The notes under the pieces were generated by a model, which saw only the letters and a program-made list of their open reading frames with translations, did no database searches and was not told the origin of the DNA. Made by a program: the position numbers and the translations under genes. From Auanema rhodensis (taxonomy: Eukaryota; Animalia; Nematoda), in NCBI GenBank assembly GCA_964057225.1, contig OZ059894.1, positions 17,546,001 to 17,610,000 of the forward strand: 64,000 bases of DNA, in the 5' to 3' direction. Shown piece by piece: positions 16,897 to 32,534 of the stretch; position 1 is the first letter of the stretch, and every line of letters starts with the position of its first letter.

Positions 16897-18021
16897 CATT
16901 AATATAACTTTTGGGGATAGTTCAATTAAAATTGTCTGTGATTTTTTGGAAATTTAGTTAATGTACGATGCTGATATTTGTATTTATACTGGAGATTTTA
17001 AACCATATTTTAACACTTGCCTACCATTCATTGTTTCTTTATATAATATATTGAAATTGTAGGCTTTCTAATACGGTTGATATAAATTTTGTATTTTGTG
17101 ATTCTTATTACAAGCTAACTGTGAGTCTATGTTCACAACATTCTCTTTGTTTATAATGAATCTCGTCGACATCCTTTGAGCTGCCGCCTGTTGAGGTTAA
17201 ATGACCACGCCTCTATTTGGTTGCAACTTCAGTTCTTAAGATTCAACGTGATCAGAGATTTTTTTCTCATTCTGTCAACCAACCTTATAACCTTTGAATG
17301 AAAAAAACTCTTAGACATCTCTGATAAAAAATCATCTCTTGTGCTATCTCAAGAGACTGAAGAGTTTTCTGTTATGATTCAGATTCATTGTCGTCCTTCT
17401 ATGTGATTGTGTGTTATGTATGTGTGTTATGTGTATGTGTGCGCATGAGTGAAAATTTTGGCAGTCCAGTCCTATTTTGGTCATTTTGATCTGATATTCA
17501 AACAGTATGTCAGAAACCCTGTCATATTGCTATCACAATCGTTTTTCCACTAAAGTCTTTCTCATACAAATCTGCTGAAGCTGCTCGTGGTTCTGACAGA
17601 TAAAAATCATTTACTGACAGGTAGTCATGATCCTCAGTAGACATTTTCATATCTTCTTTGGCATTGCCAAATAGATAATATACTGGACTGAGAATAGTAA
17701 GAGATGTGCCAGACTGTTTGGCCTGCCCAGTTTGGATGAACTATGTCTGAAGGTCAATCCCACTATCACATACTCAAAAAGTTCATTCTTTCTATGTTTA
17801 GTTTTTTTTATAGGTTTCTTTTTCAAATTTTATGTGTTTTATGGCTTTTCTTCTATTATATTGTTGAGAAATGTTGCTTTATGTTTTTTCCTCTTGAAAG
17901 AATAAGTATTACAGATGTTTTATCCAAGCTGTAGTTTTCAACCAACTTCGCAAACGTTTGAAAATCATCCAACCGTAATTTTTTATTTTTTTGCATTAGT
18001 TTATAGTTTCTATTTTTACAG

Positions 18022-20161
<2,140 letters not shown>

Positions 20162-21430
20162 GACTGATCGCATTATTACAATTCATATATTCTTAACTAT
20201 AAGCTTTAACCATTTTTATTTTTGAGAAATATTAAGCATAGAATCTGTACATAATATTGTTTTTATTTTTATGCTGTATCTTTATTTATAACATAATTGT
20301 GCAGAGACATGCTGTTTCATTTCATATACAGCCCTGAAAAAATGTCTTTTTTAACTGTATCCGATTTCCTGTCAGAATCCTATAATTAATAGTTATTCGT
20401 TTTTTTTTGATTTAGAAAGTTGTCTCATTCATCTTTTTTTTGTTATTATCGGAGTAACTAACCTAGTAAACCTGTCCCTCAGTTGCAGTACGCGGTGCCA
20501 ATCAAGGCAGAATTTTTTTACCAGACGCTTTCACAGATGTTATAATGTTTAATATATACACATATATATAATATATTTTTATGACTTTTTTTTCACCATT
20601 TTTTTTTCAAAAAATAAAGATACTTATGTAATTTATTAATTGTTTCATAGATATGTTTCATAGATTCTCGAATTATACAATGAAGAACTTGTATGGGTTC
20701 AAAAAGCATAGAGAAAAGGTAGACTTGAAGACAAATTGAATCATCTCAAATACGTCATTGAACGTTTTTCTTAAACATTTGCTTCATAATCAACTGACGT
20801 TTCCGTTATTCTGAGTATGATCTTATAACTGAAAGTGACAGTTCGTGGTTGATTCTTCAATTTTTCAACCTTAATTTTGATGTATTAGACCACTCGATAT
20901 TCCGTATCTCTATTTCAACACGTAAATATGTTATCTTGGCACAAAACATACAATGGCATATTGTAATAGAAACATTAGCGAAGAAAAAAGAAAAAAAGAG
21001 CAGGAGAAAGTGTATATATTGAGAGAAACGAGACAGTTTCTTTTCTTGTTCTTTTTATTCAGTTCGACCAATTTCTGTGCGTCCTTTACGTCATCACTGT
21101 ATTTTCTTGTCATGGCATCAATAGTTTAAACTCGTTAACTGAACCACGCCTCCAGGCTATTTTGTCCTCCACCGGATTGCTTTTTCGAAGTCCTCGCAAC
21201 AGAACTTCTAATGCTAGCACTATATAAGGAAGACTAGACAGTGAGGAGGGCATTGTTCAATTTTTCATTCGAGTCGCTCTACAGGTTGCGGATCTTAAGA
21301 GAAATTAAAATGTGACTGAGTGGTCACTTTTAATTTTTCTTAGTAAACTAAATTAAAATTTATATTATTTCTTAGATGATGTATTTATATATGTTAATTC
21401 TTACGCTTGTTTGAAATTTCATTTTATAGT

Positions 21431-23802
21431 ATGACACTGTGCTACGGTCTTCTAATACTTGTATCATTTCTCGCAATTGTTCCTGAATCCACTGATCAGG
21501 TAATTGTTTTCAGCTGATGTTAAAAGAAAAAATATTAATAAATACGTTTATCGGAATGTGAATGCAACCGAATTGGTTCAATTTCAAAAGTGAAATGAAT
21601 TTGAATTATAACGTACGCGCGTGAACCACCACCTAATATTCTAATATTCATCTTTCTTAAAAGTTTCTCAAGCTCCCACTGAGTATAATCTTCTACAATA
21701 AGATTAAACCAATTATTTCAACTTGTTTATTTAAACTAAACTAGATATAAAGTATCTAGAAATATAACTCTATGTTCTTTCAACCGGTTGATATTAAGCC
21801 TTATCTTTCTCAAATTTTGTTTTAGCGGATTATCTGAGATTTTCTAAGAGTATACAATTACTATTCAAAGCATTATTAAACATCTTCTAACCTAGGTCTG
21901 TATGATATCATGAAACATGACTTTACTATCACATATGTATGTAAAAAGTATTTTCTCTACTTCCAATACTTCGTTTTTCTCTTCTCCAAGGAAGCAATTT
22001 TGCTATAGAAGATTACTAATACATGTTTAATTTTCCAATAAAAGTGATAACATAAATAGAAAAACCTTGAATGTCTTCCAGCCGGTTATAAACCTTAGAG
22101 AGACAATGCCATAGAAAGGAAAAAAAGTTTGGACAGTCATTCGATTCGAGATAAAGAAAAGTGAAAGAGAAAAACGAACAAATACGAGAAAGGTGACCGC
22201 GAGAAATGTTGAATAATACCTTGTCAGAATAGTTTATTCATTAAAGAGAATTAAACAACATTAGATTCAATGAGTAACTATTTCCAGTGTGCAACAAATG
22301 GACTTTGTGGATATGGTCCATCATGCGGACCTGTTTATCAACCACCCCCAAGCTGCGGCTGTGCCCAAAGAGGATATTCATGTGGTAGCTATGGTTGCTA
22401 CAGGTACCTTGATGATCATTTGCTTCATTTCTAACATCGAGTTACAGACATCGCGTTCGGGGAACAAAAAGTTTCCAACCTCATCGCTCTCGTGCTCGTG
22501 TCAGTACATCCTTGGAGAATGACCGTGAACTTTTAAGGGAAAGGTGAGTAAAAAACAAAAAACAATTATGCAGAAAACATCTTTTCACTTGCAAAGGTGC
22601 TAAGTTTGCTCATAATAGTGAAAGTTATTAATAGGTTAAAGTTGTATTACAACAATCGTTTTTCCTAAAGTATCAATCCTAAAGTAAAATGAGATAGCCC
22701 CTTTCAGCATAGTTTCTATGGATAAAGATGATAGCACCGAAGGTTTAAAAAAGTTTGTATGACAGCTTAATTTAGTTTCACTTAAATGAATATTCCCTTA
22801 GTTCTGAAGCTTGTTTAGCTAATATTTATGTTTTTTTTTTGTCGGCGCTAATTTCAATACTCTCAGTTATATGCTTTTGGAATGATAAATGAAATGTAAT
22901 ATTTCAGAGCTATGCATGAACGAATTCGTAAAGATGAGCCTTTGGACAGTGAAGAAGAAATTCTCCTTGTGTCCAGATCAGTTTCCGAAAACAGACACCG
23001 CAGGGGACCAATTGTGAGTTCAATGCAGTTTTCTGGAAAGAGTACCCTTCTTTTGATAGGATCCAAACAGAGCTTTCTACGAGTGTTGTATGGACAGAAA
23101 ATTGCCTGATGCTTGTTTGGCCAAATGTAATTTCAATGCATACACTAAACAATCTGTACGTTTCATTAAAGTATTTCATATTTCTTAAATATATAAATAT
23201 ATATAAGAAATATGATAAACATTCTTTGGGAGTGATTTCATTTTTATTACAGCTTACGGCTATGTACTTCCGACAAGATCCATGTCCTTTAGCTGCTATG
23301 AAGGAAATGCAATTTTGTGCCGCTCAGGGAAGGTGAGAACTTTTAGCAATCTTCAATCCACTCTAATGAGTGTTTACTATATATCAACACTTTGAAATAT
23401 TAAAACTGAAAATGTTAATGTAGAGACCATCGCGATTGCTGTGCTCGAAATGGAGTAACTACAACTTTGGCTGGACCTAAATGTCTGATGTTCTGCGACC
23501 AAAGACTAGGTAACGTATATGAATATATTCCCAACTAAATTTCTCCTCCAAAAAATCTCTCAATATTCTATCATTTTCTTAGCTATGCGAGAACAGATGA
23601 AATTTGATAAGAAATTAAAATGATAGAATTGACAAGAGTCCATATTTTCCATATTGAATAACATATTTATCACACACCAATCAATGAAATCGTTACAGGT
23701 CATGAGCAACGACTTGACACGTCTTTCGTTCCATGTTTCGATCGTTTTGAAAGCATGAAGACTTGCTTCTGGCATGATTTGACTAGATTCTACAAAGCTT
23801 AA
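21431..23802 (+). CDS. Secreted DB-module protein
   Basis: Signal MTLCYGLLILVSFLAIV; Cys/Gly/Tyr N-terminal region; RHRR furin-like site; DPNRAFYECC..LPDACLAKCNF..FCAAQGRDHRDCC.RNGV..KCLMFC..CFDRFESMKTCF. Confidence 0.9.
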
Positions 23803-26725
23803 GCATTATTAGTTCATGAATTGTTCTTGAACTAGATATGTTTATTAAGAATGATACGTTTGTACAAAAGCTTGAAGTAGGAGGTAAAAGCATGTATATG
23901 TTCATAACATATCATGAATTTCAACCTCAAATAACTAATAGTATTATATTATTTAAACTAATGATAATTTTGTGTTTTTATAAGAATAGTGACTAATACT
24001 TCTCACTTATTGTCATTATCTAGATTATTAATTGTATCTAAACTGTATATAATTATAAATTTTGTCCATTATTGCCTATTTTTAATAAATGATATTATGG
24101 TTCAATAGTATCTATCTATTCATATATTCAATTTCTCTTTTCCAGTTTTTATTAAATTGAACATAGATGATCTATTCATACTAATTCAATCCATGAAAAT
24201 ATCCTATATGGATTTTCAATTTTTGATTACACAGAACTGCGTTTTTCGCAATAGTGCTCTTCAAATAAAACAGAAATTGTTTTATCACATTGAACAATTG
24301 AAGCAAATTTTTGCCTATTTTTCTTATTAAAGCTCAGTCAAGCACATGTCTCTGGCATCAAGTGCTTGGCTTGGAACATTCCCTAATGGACAGTTAAGAG
24401 AAGAGAATTTCCGAAATACTTGAGATTGCTTCTCTTTTTCTTAGTTAAGCTCTTCTTGTTTTGTTTTTTCTTTATTCCTCTGGCAAATCTCTCGTTTTTC
24501 TCAGTTTTCTTTTCAAGTGCGTAGTAGCTTTTCCATTTTCCATTTTTTCTTTTTGAATATTAATTCCTTTTTCAAAATTTTACTAATTACATAGGAATTT
24601 TTTGAAAAATGTCTTTCTTTTCTGATTTCGCAACCAATTCATTTTATTTTAATTGTTTTATGAAAGAAATCAGTGTATACATCTAAACTGTTCAATGTGG
24701 TTTCAGATTTAGCAGTTTGATCTAGATTCTCCCTTATTCTCTTTGTATATGTGTATGTTATGCTCAATTTTTATTTCATTGCAACTCTATTCTTTTCAGT
24801 TCATCTTCAGCACACCTTGTTTCTCTTTCTCACTCTATTTCTTTCTTTCAATATTTCTCTACCTATCTATGTTTCTATCTATCGCTAGTCATTTCACTAT
24901 TTGTTCACATCGTGTCCTCATACATATACAAGCCTTTGCTGTTATGTAATACAAAACATAAGAAGCACTATATGCATCACCAACTTAGATTTGTTTTTTT
25001 CCATTTAAATTATTTCTTCTAACTATACCATTTATATTGCAAAAAAAAACAGTTCTATTGTCTAAGAAAGCCAACCGCTTGAGCACACCACCTTCTCGTA
25101 AACTTAAATGATTGTTCAATATATTTTCATAATACTAATTGTATCCGTAAATTTCACTAAACCTGATGATACACATGCATAATTCTTAAATTGTATTTTT
25201 CATTTTGTCCTCAAAGATATTTTGATTTCTAGTTTGCTTCAATAAGAGGTAGGCAAAAGATTTTCAAATTTAATATATTATAATATGAGAGTGTCTGTTT
25301 GTCTGTTGATTTGAAGAACCGACAACGACAGCTTGTCTCAGCTGAAACTGTGAACAAGTTGTAATATATGCAAATATTGTTTTATAAAAGATAAGAAGTT
25401 TATTTCATTTCATATATCATCATCTTATATCTTTTCTAGTGTTTAGTTTGATTAAACATAATGGGTTCATCGCTCACATAAATATTCACGTAAGGAAAAC
25501 GAATTATTGATCGATAACGTCGATATGTTAAATGAAAAGTGTATTCACATGTTCAAAATTTCTCTCTATCTCATCCTAACCTTTATATATTTCCATAACT
25601 TTCTCTCTCTATCTCTATCTAAAACATGTTCCTTCTCTTCCTGTTCCTTCCTCTCTATTTTCTCTCTCCTCTCGCTCTTAGTTTCAATTCATCCCACACC
25701 TACATTCATTTATTCTGCCGTTTCTGCACAATATCGTTGTCGTTCTGGAGACGATTAAGATAAGGATATAATATAGAGACACATACAAATGAAATGAGGT
25801 CCTAACTAAAGACGGGCAAGTCAGTCATTCTATACAATTGTAAAGAAGAAACTGTCCTTTATTCCTTTTCTTCTCTTTCCCAATATTTCGTGAGTCATTC
25901 TTCCGACTTTCACCCGTTCTATTACCGCAGTTAGCAATGCCAATGTTAAAAGCAACAAAATTATTGTTGACTCGCCTTCCTGTTTGAAGCGATACACACT
26001 TGCTCTCCTAAACTTTTTGGATGCAATAATGCACATTGCATGCTACTAGGTTCATAGAAGCTGTCGCGTTAAGCAGTTTCTATTCATCGTTCATTCTTTA
26101 TTCGACCTATTATAGTTTCACTCAGCTTATTGGGAGAGAAAGAAGAATGGGAGAAACCGAGGTACAGAGAGTATTGAAGAGTAGCATAGAGGAGTGGTAG
26201 AGAGCAAGCATGACCGCTTCAGTCAAGATCAAGAAGTTTAGTTTAGTCACACATTTAGAAATTTTAATTTCAGTCTCTCTCTCTCTCTCTTTATATATCC
26301 GTCCATTCATCCTACAATTTGCACTCCTTGGCTACTATTTTCAATCCTTTTTCTTTCTCTCACCCCCCCCCCCCCTTCTCTCTCTCTCTTTTTATATATA
26401 TAAATATATCTGAAAGGAGTTTCTTATATTTTATTTTTTGTTCCTTTTATGTATAAAAAGAATATTATGACATTATTATACTGCTTTTCATTGACCTCTG
26501 TGCGATTTTCACTTCGTATTATGAAAAAAGTCAATGAACTGGAGCTCAATACATGCATTAGGAAACCATGAAAGTCTCATCTTGCTAGATCTTCGTCAGC
26601 AACAATATATCCCGAGGGAAGGCTTCGTTCGATTTCTTGTTTGACTTCAAGGCGTTTTTTCATGTTTTCTTTTGCTCAGTATCTTTTTCACTAGTTTGAT
26701 TATTTATAAAACGTTAGATTTTATA

Positions 26726-26749
26726 ATATATATATATATATATATATAT
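26726..26749. repeat. (TA)n microsatellite
   Basis: Directly visible TA run. Confidence 0.85.
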
Positions 26750-28217
26750 CTTATAAAAGTTTTTATATAAAAAAAATTATGCGATAGCTAAATATTCGAA
26801 CAAAAATAAAAATCAGAAGTTCATGCTCTCCAGTTGTTATTAAGTTTGCTTGTTACAAATCGGAATTGGCCCGTCGACGCGTAACTTCTGCTATTTTTCT
26901 TTCTTAAAAAGCTGGAAAGTCAATATTGACTGCAAATTGTTCTTTCCTTTTTTTTGGCTCTAGTTAATCAACAGAACATGGAACATAAAATCATTGATTA
27001 AGGTATGTGAAATGAAGTTTCAGGTTTTCTATTTTAAAATAAATTCATCGTTTTACTATTATTTACATCATCATTCATCTTTTATATTTATCTCTTACTA
27101 GTAAGTTCACATCTTTGTGTTTAGTAACTACTTCTACTCACTCATTTTACAATTCGATTTCATTCTTGAATTGATTATGAAAAGCAGTTTCAGAAAAAAT
27201 AGTCGATTCTATTCCATGTCAATTTCAAAAGGAAGTGACCGCTAAAATCACATTTCAACGACAAGCTCGTCAAATTTTCTGCTCCCACAGCTTTAATGTG
27301 TAGATTAGGAAAGACATTCATCTTTGTGTGACATTTTTTAGTTGACCACACACAAACAAGATCTTAAAGTCGTATCTATAACACATTTTTGTCTTCTACT
27401 CAAGAGCAACGATCAAGCTTTCCGATAATGTAACTAATTAAATGATGATAGACAACTTACTTTTCTTATTTGCAAATCGAAAGCAGCATTATATAATATT
27501 CAACTTTTATTTTTCAAGCATTTAGTCAATGTATATATTCACAACAAACAATGGGATAGAACATCACATAGTCCTCCAATAACTTATATATGTATGCATG
27601 ATTTAGTCAGCCAAAAAGGTGTGAATTCCATAATCAGTTTAGTTTTTTGACTTTGCTCATCATTTTTTCATGTGAAGATGCCTTCAACCAAGAAAAATCC
27701 AAGAGTATGCTACGTCTTTCTTCTATGCTTTTGAATGAGCTAATTAATATAAAAGATATCACTTTATGCATGTATTCTTATATATATTTCAAACTCCTCC
27801 CTATTTATATTAAGATATGGATATACTTTCATTATTAATGACATCCATGCAAGGAATAAATGAGTTTCATTAGCATTTTACGTGAATCCGTGAAGGCAGC
27901 TTTCTGTTGAACTAGTGCAAGCACATAAAACGGTTGATTCTAACTTTATATTTTATATTTTTATATCTGTGTTTATGATATTCTTATTACTTCTATGTTT
28001 GTTTCAAAGCATTGTTAATGTTTGGTTTTAAAATGATAAGAACAAAAATACTGTTATTTTATTTTGTCTCTTTTTTATGAAAATATTCAATTTTTTCATA
28101 TGCACTACAAATGCTTAAGCCTTCTTTGTACATTGATATCGTCATGTTAATTATTTTGATATTATTTCAGGTTGCTTTCCATAATCTTTCAGCTCTGTTC
28201 AGAAGTAGTCATGTGAT

Positions 28218-28829
28218 ATGCCCGCTTCTGCAAATCCATGCAAATATCTAATTTACTATCCGTTTTCACCTCTTACTATAGCAAAAACGCATAATATCGT
28301 GAGTTTTTTCTCGGCTTTTCTTTCGTCTATCGCTAAATATTTCAGATCTTATATATAATTTGTCTAATAATATGGCACGACACTCTCCCTAACGAAGGAA
28401 ATTTCCTCGTTGCTGTTCCTATTTTAAATATATTATCAATAGCTATTGCTTTCTTATCGTTATGGTTTATGGTTCAAAAGTTTTACTGGAAAAAACTAGT
28501 AAGAATAAATAAAAGTATATCATTAATATAAAATACTTCCAGGAAGTTGCCCTCGATATCAGTGCCTTGCTTTTTTCAATTCTTTCATTGCTCATTTCTT
28601 TATTAAATATGAATTTGGATCTAACAATTCACGTACGTTTTTGAATAGCAATCATGAATAATGTTTTTCCTTTTTAAAGATTGTGCAGGTACTTACTATG
28701 ACTTCATGGATTTTCTGTATTATTTGGTCATATTTCCACACATTCAATAATGTTTCAAATCTATTTATTAGTGAATGGGGAGAAGCTACAACAGATATCG
28801 AAATAGAAGCACTTGAGGATCATTTCTAG
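28218..28829 (+). CDS. Small four-TM membrane protein (MARVEL-like topology)
   Basis: Four phase-0 exons: MPASANPCKY..KTHNI|ILYIICLIIW..VAVPILNILSIAIAFLSLWF..WKKL|EVALDISALLFSILSLLISL..|IVQVLTMTSWIFCIIWSYF..acidic tail. Confidence 0.7.
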
Positions 28830-29161
28830 TTCAAAATTTGTCATTGGACGATAGTACAGGGTTGTAGATGTTTTATTAATTATTTTATGATTATGCTATT
28901 TATTTATTGTCCATTGAAATAAAAATGAACTCATAAACAATTTTTTGTTTGTTTTCTACATTCATAGTTAGTGAAAATGGCAGAAAGCCTGCTATAAATT
29001 TAAATTTGATATATTCAAATTTTTATGTCTTATGCCGATCTAAGCATTTAGCTGATTTTAAAAATTATTGATTGATTTTCTCCTACTTAGCTTAGGCTTT
29101 GTTTATCAAAATTTAAAGTATAATTTGTTCTTCGTATTTTAAAATTGATACAATTTTCAGA

Positions 29162-31780
29162 ATGTTCTTCAGTTACGATCATTTAATAAAATCAAATGGT
29201 AAATTTCATCTTGTGTGGATGGCAGCTTTCTGTGATAAAAAACATATAAGCAGACGATTAGCCTTGTCAGTCTCTATTCCAGATATTTGGTAATAACTTT
29301 GCCATCACCCTTTGCATGTGTTACGACTTTACTTCAGCCATGAATTAATGGAAATGTGTCCTACAAGTCTTGGAACATATAAAGAATTGAGGTGTAAATT
29401 CTCACTATATTTACATTCCCAGTTATTATATGGTACTACTATTATGTTAGAAAGACAATTGCATTTTATGGATCGTTAGTTAACAAGTTTGAATATGAAA
29501 CTTATATATTTTTTCTAGTTGATATAAAAGCATCTCTCGAGAAGATCAGAAAGATATCGTTCCATGACGCAAACAAAATTTTAGCCGAAAAGAAAGATGT
29601 AGTTGAGAAAGATGTAGATTTATATTCTGAGATCGATGATGAAGAGCCGGTATAAAATTAAAAGGTTATTATTCATGAGTATTTTCTCATTAGACTTTTG
29701 ATCAAGCTCTTTTTGAACACAACGCCGATGATATCAATCTCCAAAATAGTGTTTTATTCACTAAACTCGACACCATTTCTGAATTTCCAGGATTCGTCCC
29801 GTAAGAAATATATAAATCATTCTCCGTAAGTTTTTTGTTTTAGAAGCCCCGATTGGACAACAGATCGAGAGAGTAAAAGTAAGGACACTGTATCAGATAT
29901 TTCTCATCTCACCAATGTAAGTTTGTTCATTCAGTTAAGAAAATAACTTTATTAGATTTCTTTTCCACATGAAGCCTCTTTGCTTTCTACTTTTTCAAAT
30001 ATTTTTGACGATTTCAATGTTGATGTGAAAGTACTACCAAGTATGTGTGTTAACTTATTAAATGTTTCAATTAATGTTTTCAGTGAATCAATTTATCAAC
30101 GATGTAAGTTTTATAGTTTTAACGAAAATTTGTTATATTTTTGAAGCGAACATCCGATGTTCCGATGGATGAACCTCCTCCGGAAGAAAATGCAAATATT
30201 CCACATCCTGAAGAACCGAACTTCGATCCTTTTGTCCAACTTTCTATCGAGCCTTGTCCAGAGCTACCACTAATAGAATCTTTTCCCGGTGCCTTGAAGG
30301 AAGATGAGCTTTTTGCACCTCTAAGCGCTGAACTTCAAGCTCCGCTTCCCATAACTGATGTTGAAGATCTACCTCTCGAACAGCTTCAAGATATTGTACC
30401 ACCAGCAGAACCTCAGCATCCTAATGAAGAGATCTGTTTTGAACTGGAGCCATTGACCCTTAGTCAAAAAAGAAAAATTGTAATGTTTTTCAAACTTATA
30501 TCATTATTTTTTGATTAAGACACTGGAAGAACGTCTATGTAATCGTGCAAAAAGAAAATTCATATCTAAAATTGACCCAAGTATCATGGTAAAACGCTTT
30601 TTATTTATCTATTCGATTTTTGAAATAAACAGATATCGGATGAAGAAATGAAGCAGAATTTAGAAGACTATTCCGATACCATGATGAAGAGAGAAAAGCC
30701 TTGTAGTCAAAAATATCCGAGTGCAAATGAACTTCTATCTCTCATACCTCCCAATTATCCAAAAGGTTACTATTTTTTAAACAACAGTTTTAAGCTTCAT
30801 TATAGCATTGCATCATCTTTTCCGTAGAGCTCAACGTAAATATGATGAAACACTCGAATTCGAACAGGTTACTTGTTAATATTTATCTTTTAAATTTTTA
30901 TTTAAGGATGAAAATTTTGTACTACCTGCATTGGAATTCGATGTTCAACCTCCTCTTGAACGCGATAATCTCGAAGAAATGGAGAGCGAACCAGATTTCT
31001 GGCGCACTCCAGGGCATGCCAGTATTTTCGATTCGTTAGTTTAATGATGGCCATATTCTTATCTTTGCAGTTATTTTTCAGTTTTGGCGTAACTTTCCCT
31101 GGATACACCGAAGTATTTCCTTTGTATCTATTCCTAATATATTGTTAATTTTAAAGATATTGAGAGATGAAGGTCTTGACCACGATGATTACTACAATAG
31201 ATATCCCACGAATGAGACTGACGACACGTTGGAAGCACAACGTCGACGAACCAGATCCTCAGCAATGAGTATTTTTCATATTTTGAATATTATATCACTG
31301 TATTATTGCAGCTGAGAGACCTTCAACGGCTCTTGAAGACGTTTTACTAGATCCCAACGAAGAGACTTATCCGGTATCCCGTCATGCTCGATGTACCTTG
31401 GTTATCCAAGGAAGGTTAGTGTAGTCTACAACAATAAAGTTGTACTGTATATTTAGAATCACCCAAGAGCGAGAAGAGCTGCTTCAGCGAATCGAATTGT
31501 AAGTGTTGGTTTTTATAAGCGTTTGCTAACTATATTGCAGTGAGGTCGAGAAAGCATTCCACAATGGAAATGTCTTGAATTTTTCTACCGTTTTTCCAAA
31601 ATCCGAAAGTACAAGTAAAACAGCTGCTTTAGGATTTTCATGTTTATTAGGTAAGAGGATATCCTGAAAATTTTGAATTTCCTTAATTATGCAGAACTTC
31701 TGAGAACAAAAAATTGGATTGCTACCCAAGATGAACCATTTGCTGATATTATAATATCGAATGACACAGAGTTGTTATAA
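29162..31780 (+). CDS. rec-8: Meiotic alpha-kleisin (Rad21/Rec8 family), REC-8-like
   Basis: N-domain MFFS..KFHLVWMAA..ISRR..PDICHELMEM..FSLYLHSQLLYGT; C-terminal winged helix KTAALGFSCLLEL..TQDEPFADIII; acidic/Pro linker; 20-nt micro-exon at 30084-30103. The rec-8 versus coh-3/4 assignment is uncertain. Confidence 0.8.
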
Positions 31781-32534
31781 TTATTAACTCAACTGTAATA
31801 TATAAATATTAATTAACAAAAAATACTATATTTCGATTGCTTACGCTCTGTGCTATAACGTTTTTTATGCTTTATTCCCTTGCTACTTCTGTAAAATAAA
31901 TTAAATTGTTGTAGTGCTCTATTTTGATGTCTTAAATAAAATGTACAGGATATATTCTGGGAATAGTTGAAGTTAATGTTAAAATAGTAAAATTATACGA
32001 AGCCAAGTATTTGTTTGTTGGTGCCTAATTTTATATTGGTTGTAGATATTAATTAAACTATAAAGTGTTTAATATTTTAAATACAGTAAATGTTATAAAA
32101 TTATTCATGCAAACAATGGTAATATATTATAATCAAACTAATCATGCTTTATATTATATAAAGATTATAATATTAATAAAAATTAATTGTTCGCATGCTC
32201 ACTCAAACAGAATGTTTTTCAAGTATCTCCAAATCATTCCCCGAATGTAATACTAGTGAAAATTGAAAAATTAACGGTATATCGTGCTCAATTATTAATA
32301 ATATTTCACTGTAGTTTTTAAAGCATTGAACTTGATTTATTTGGTGAAATTTTTTTTGTTGCAAATCATATTGTTATAGAAGGTCTTTAAGCGCGCTCCA
32401 ATCGCAAAAAAATACGGTGTGTTCGGTATATTTTAGAAGACGAATTGTTCAAACTATTCGAATTCAAAGCAACAATTCAATCTGTTTTTTGATTTTAAAG
32501 CTAAAATTCGAATATTTTATTTTTTTTCTTGAAG

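Noticed and set aside
26468-26700. Possible coding exon with in-frame TGA (readthrough/selenocysteine)
   Set aside because: No homology, no SECIS-like element seen, and no frame connection to the 4-TM gene.
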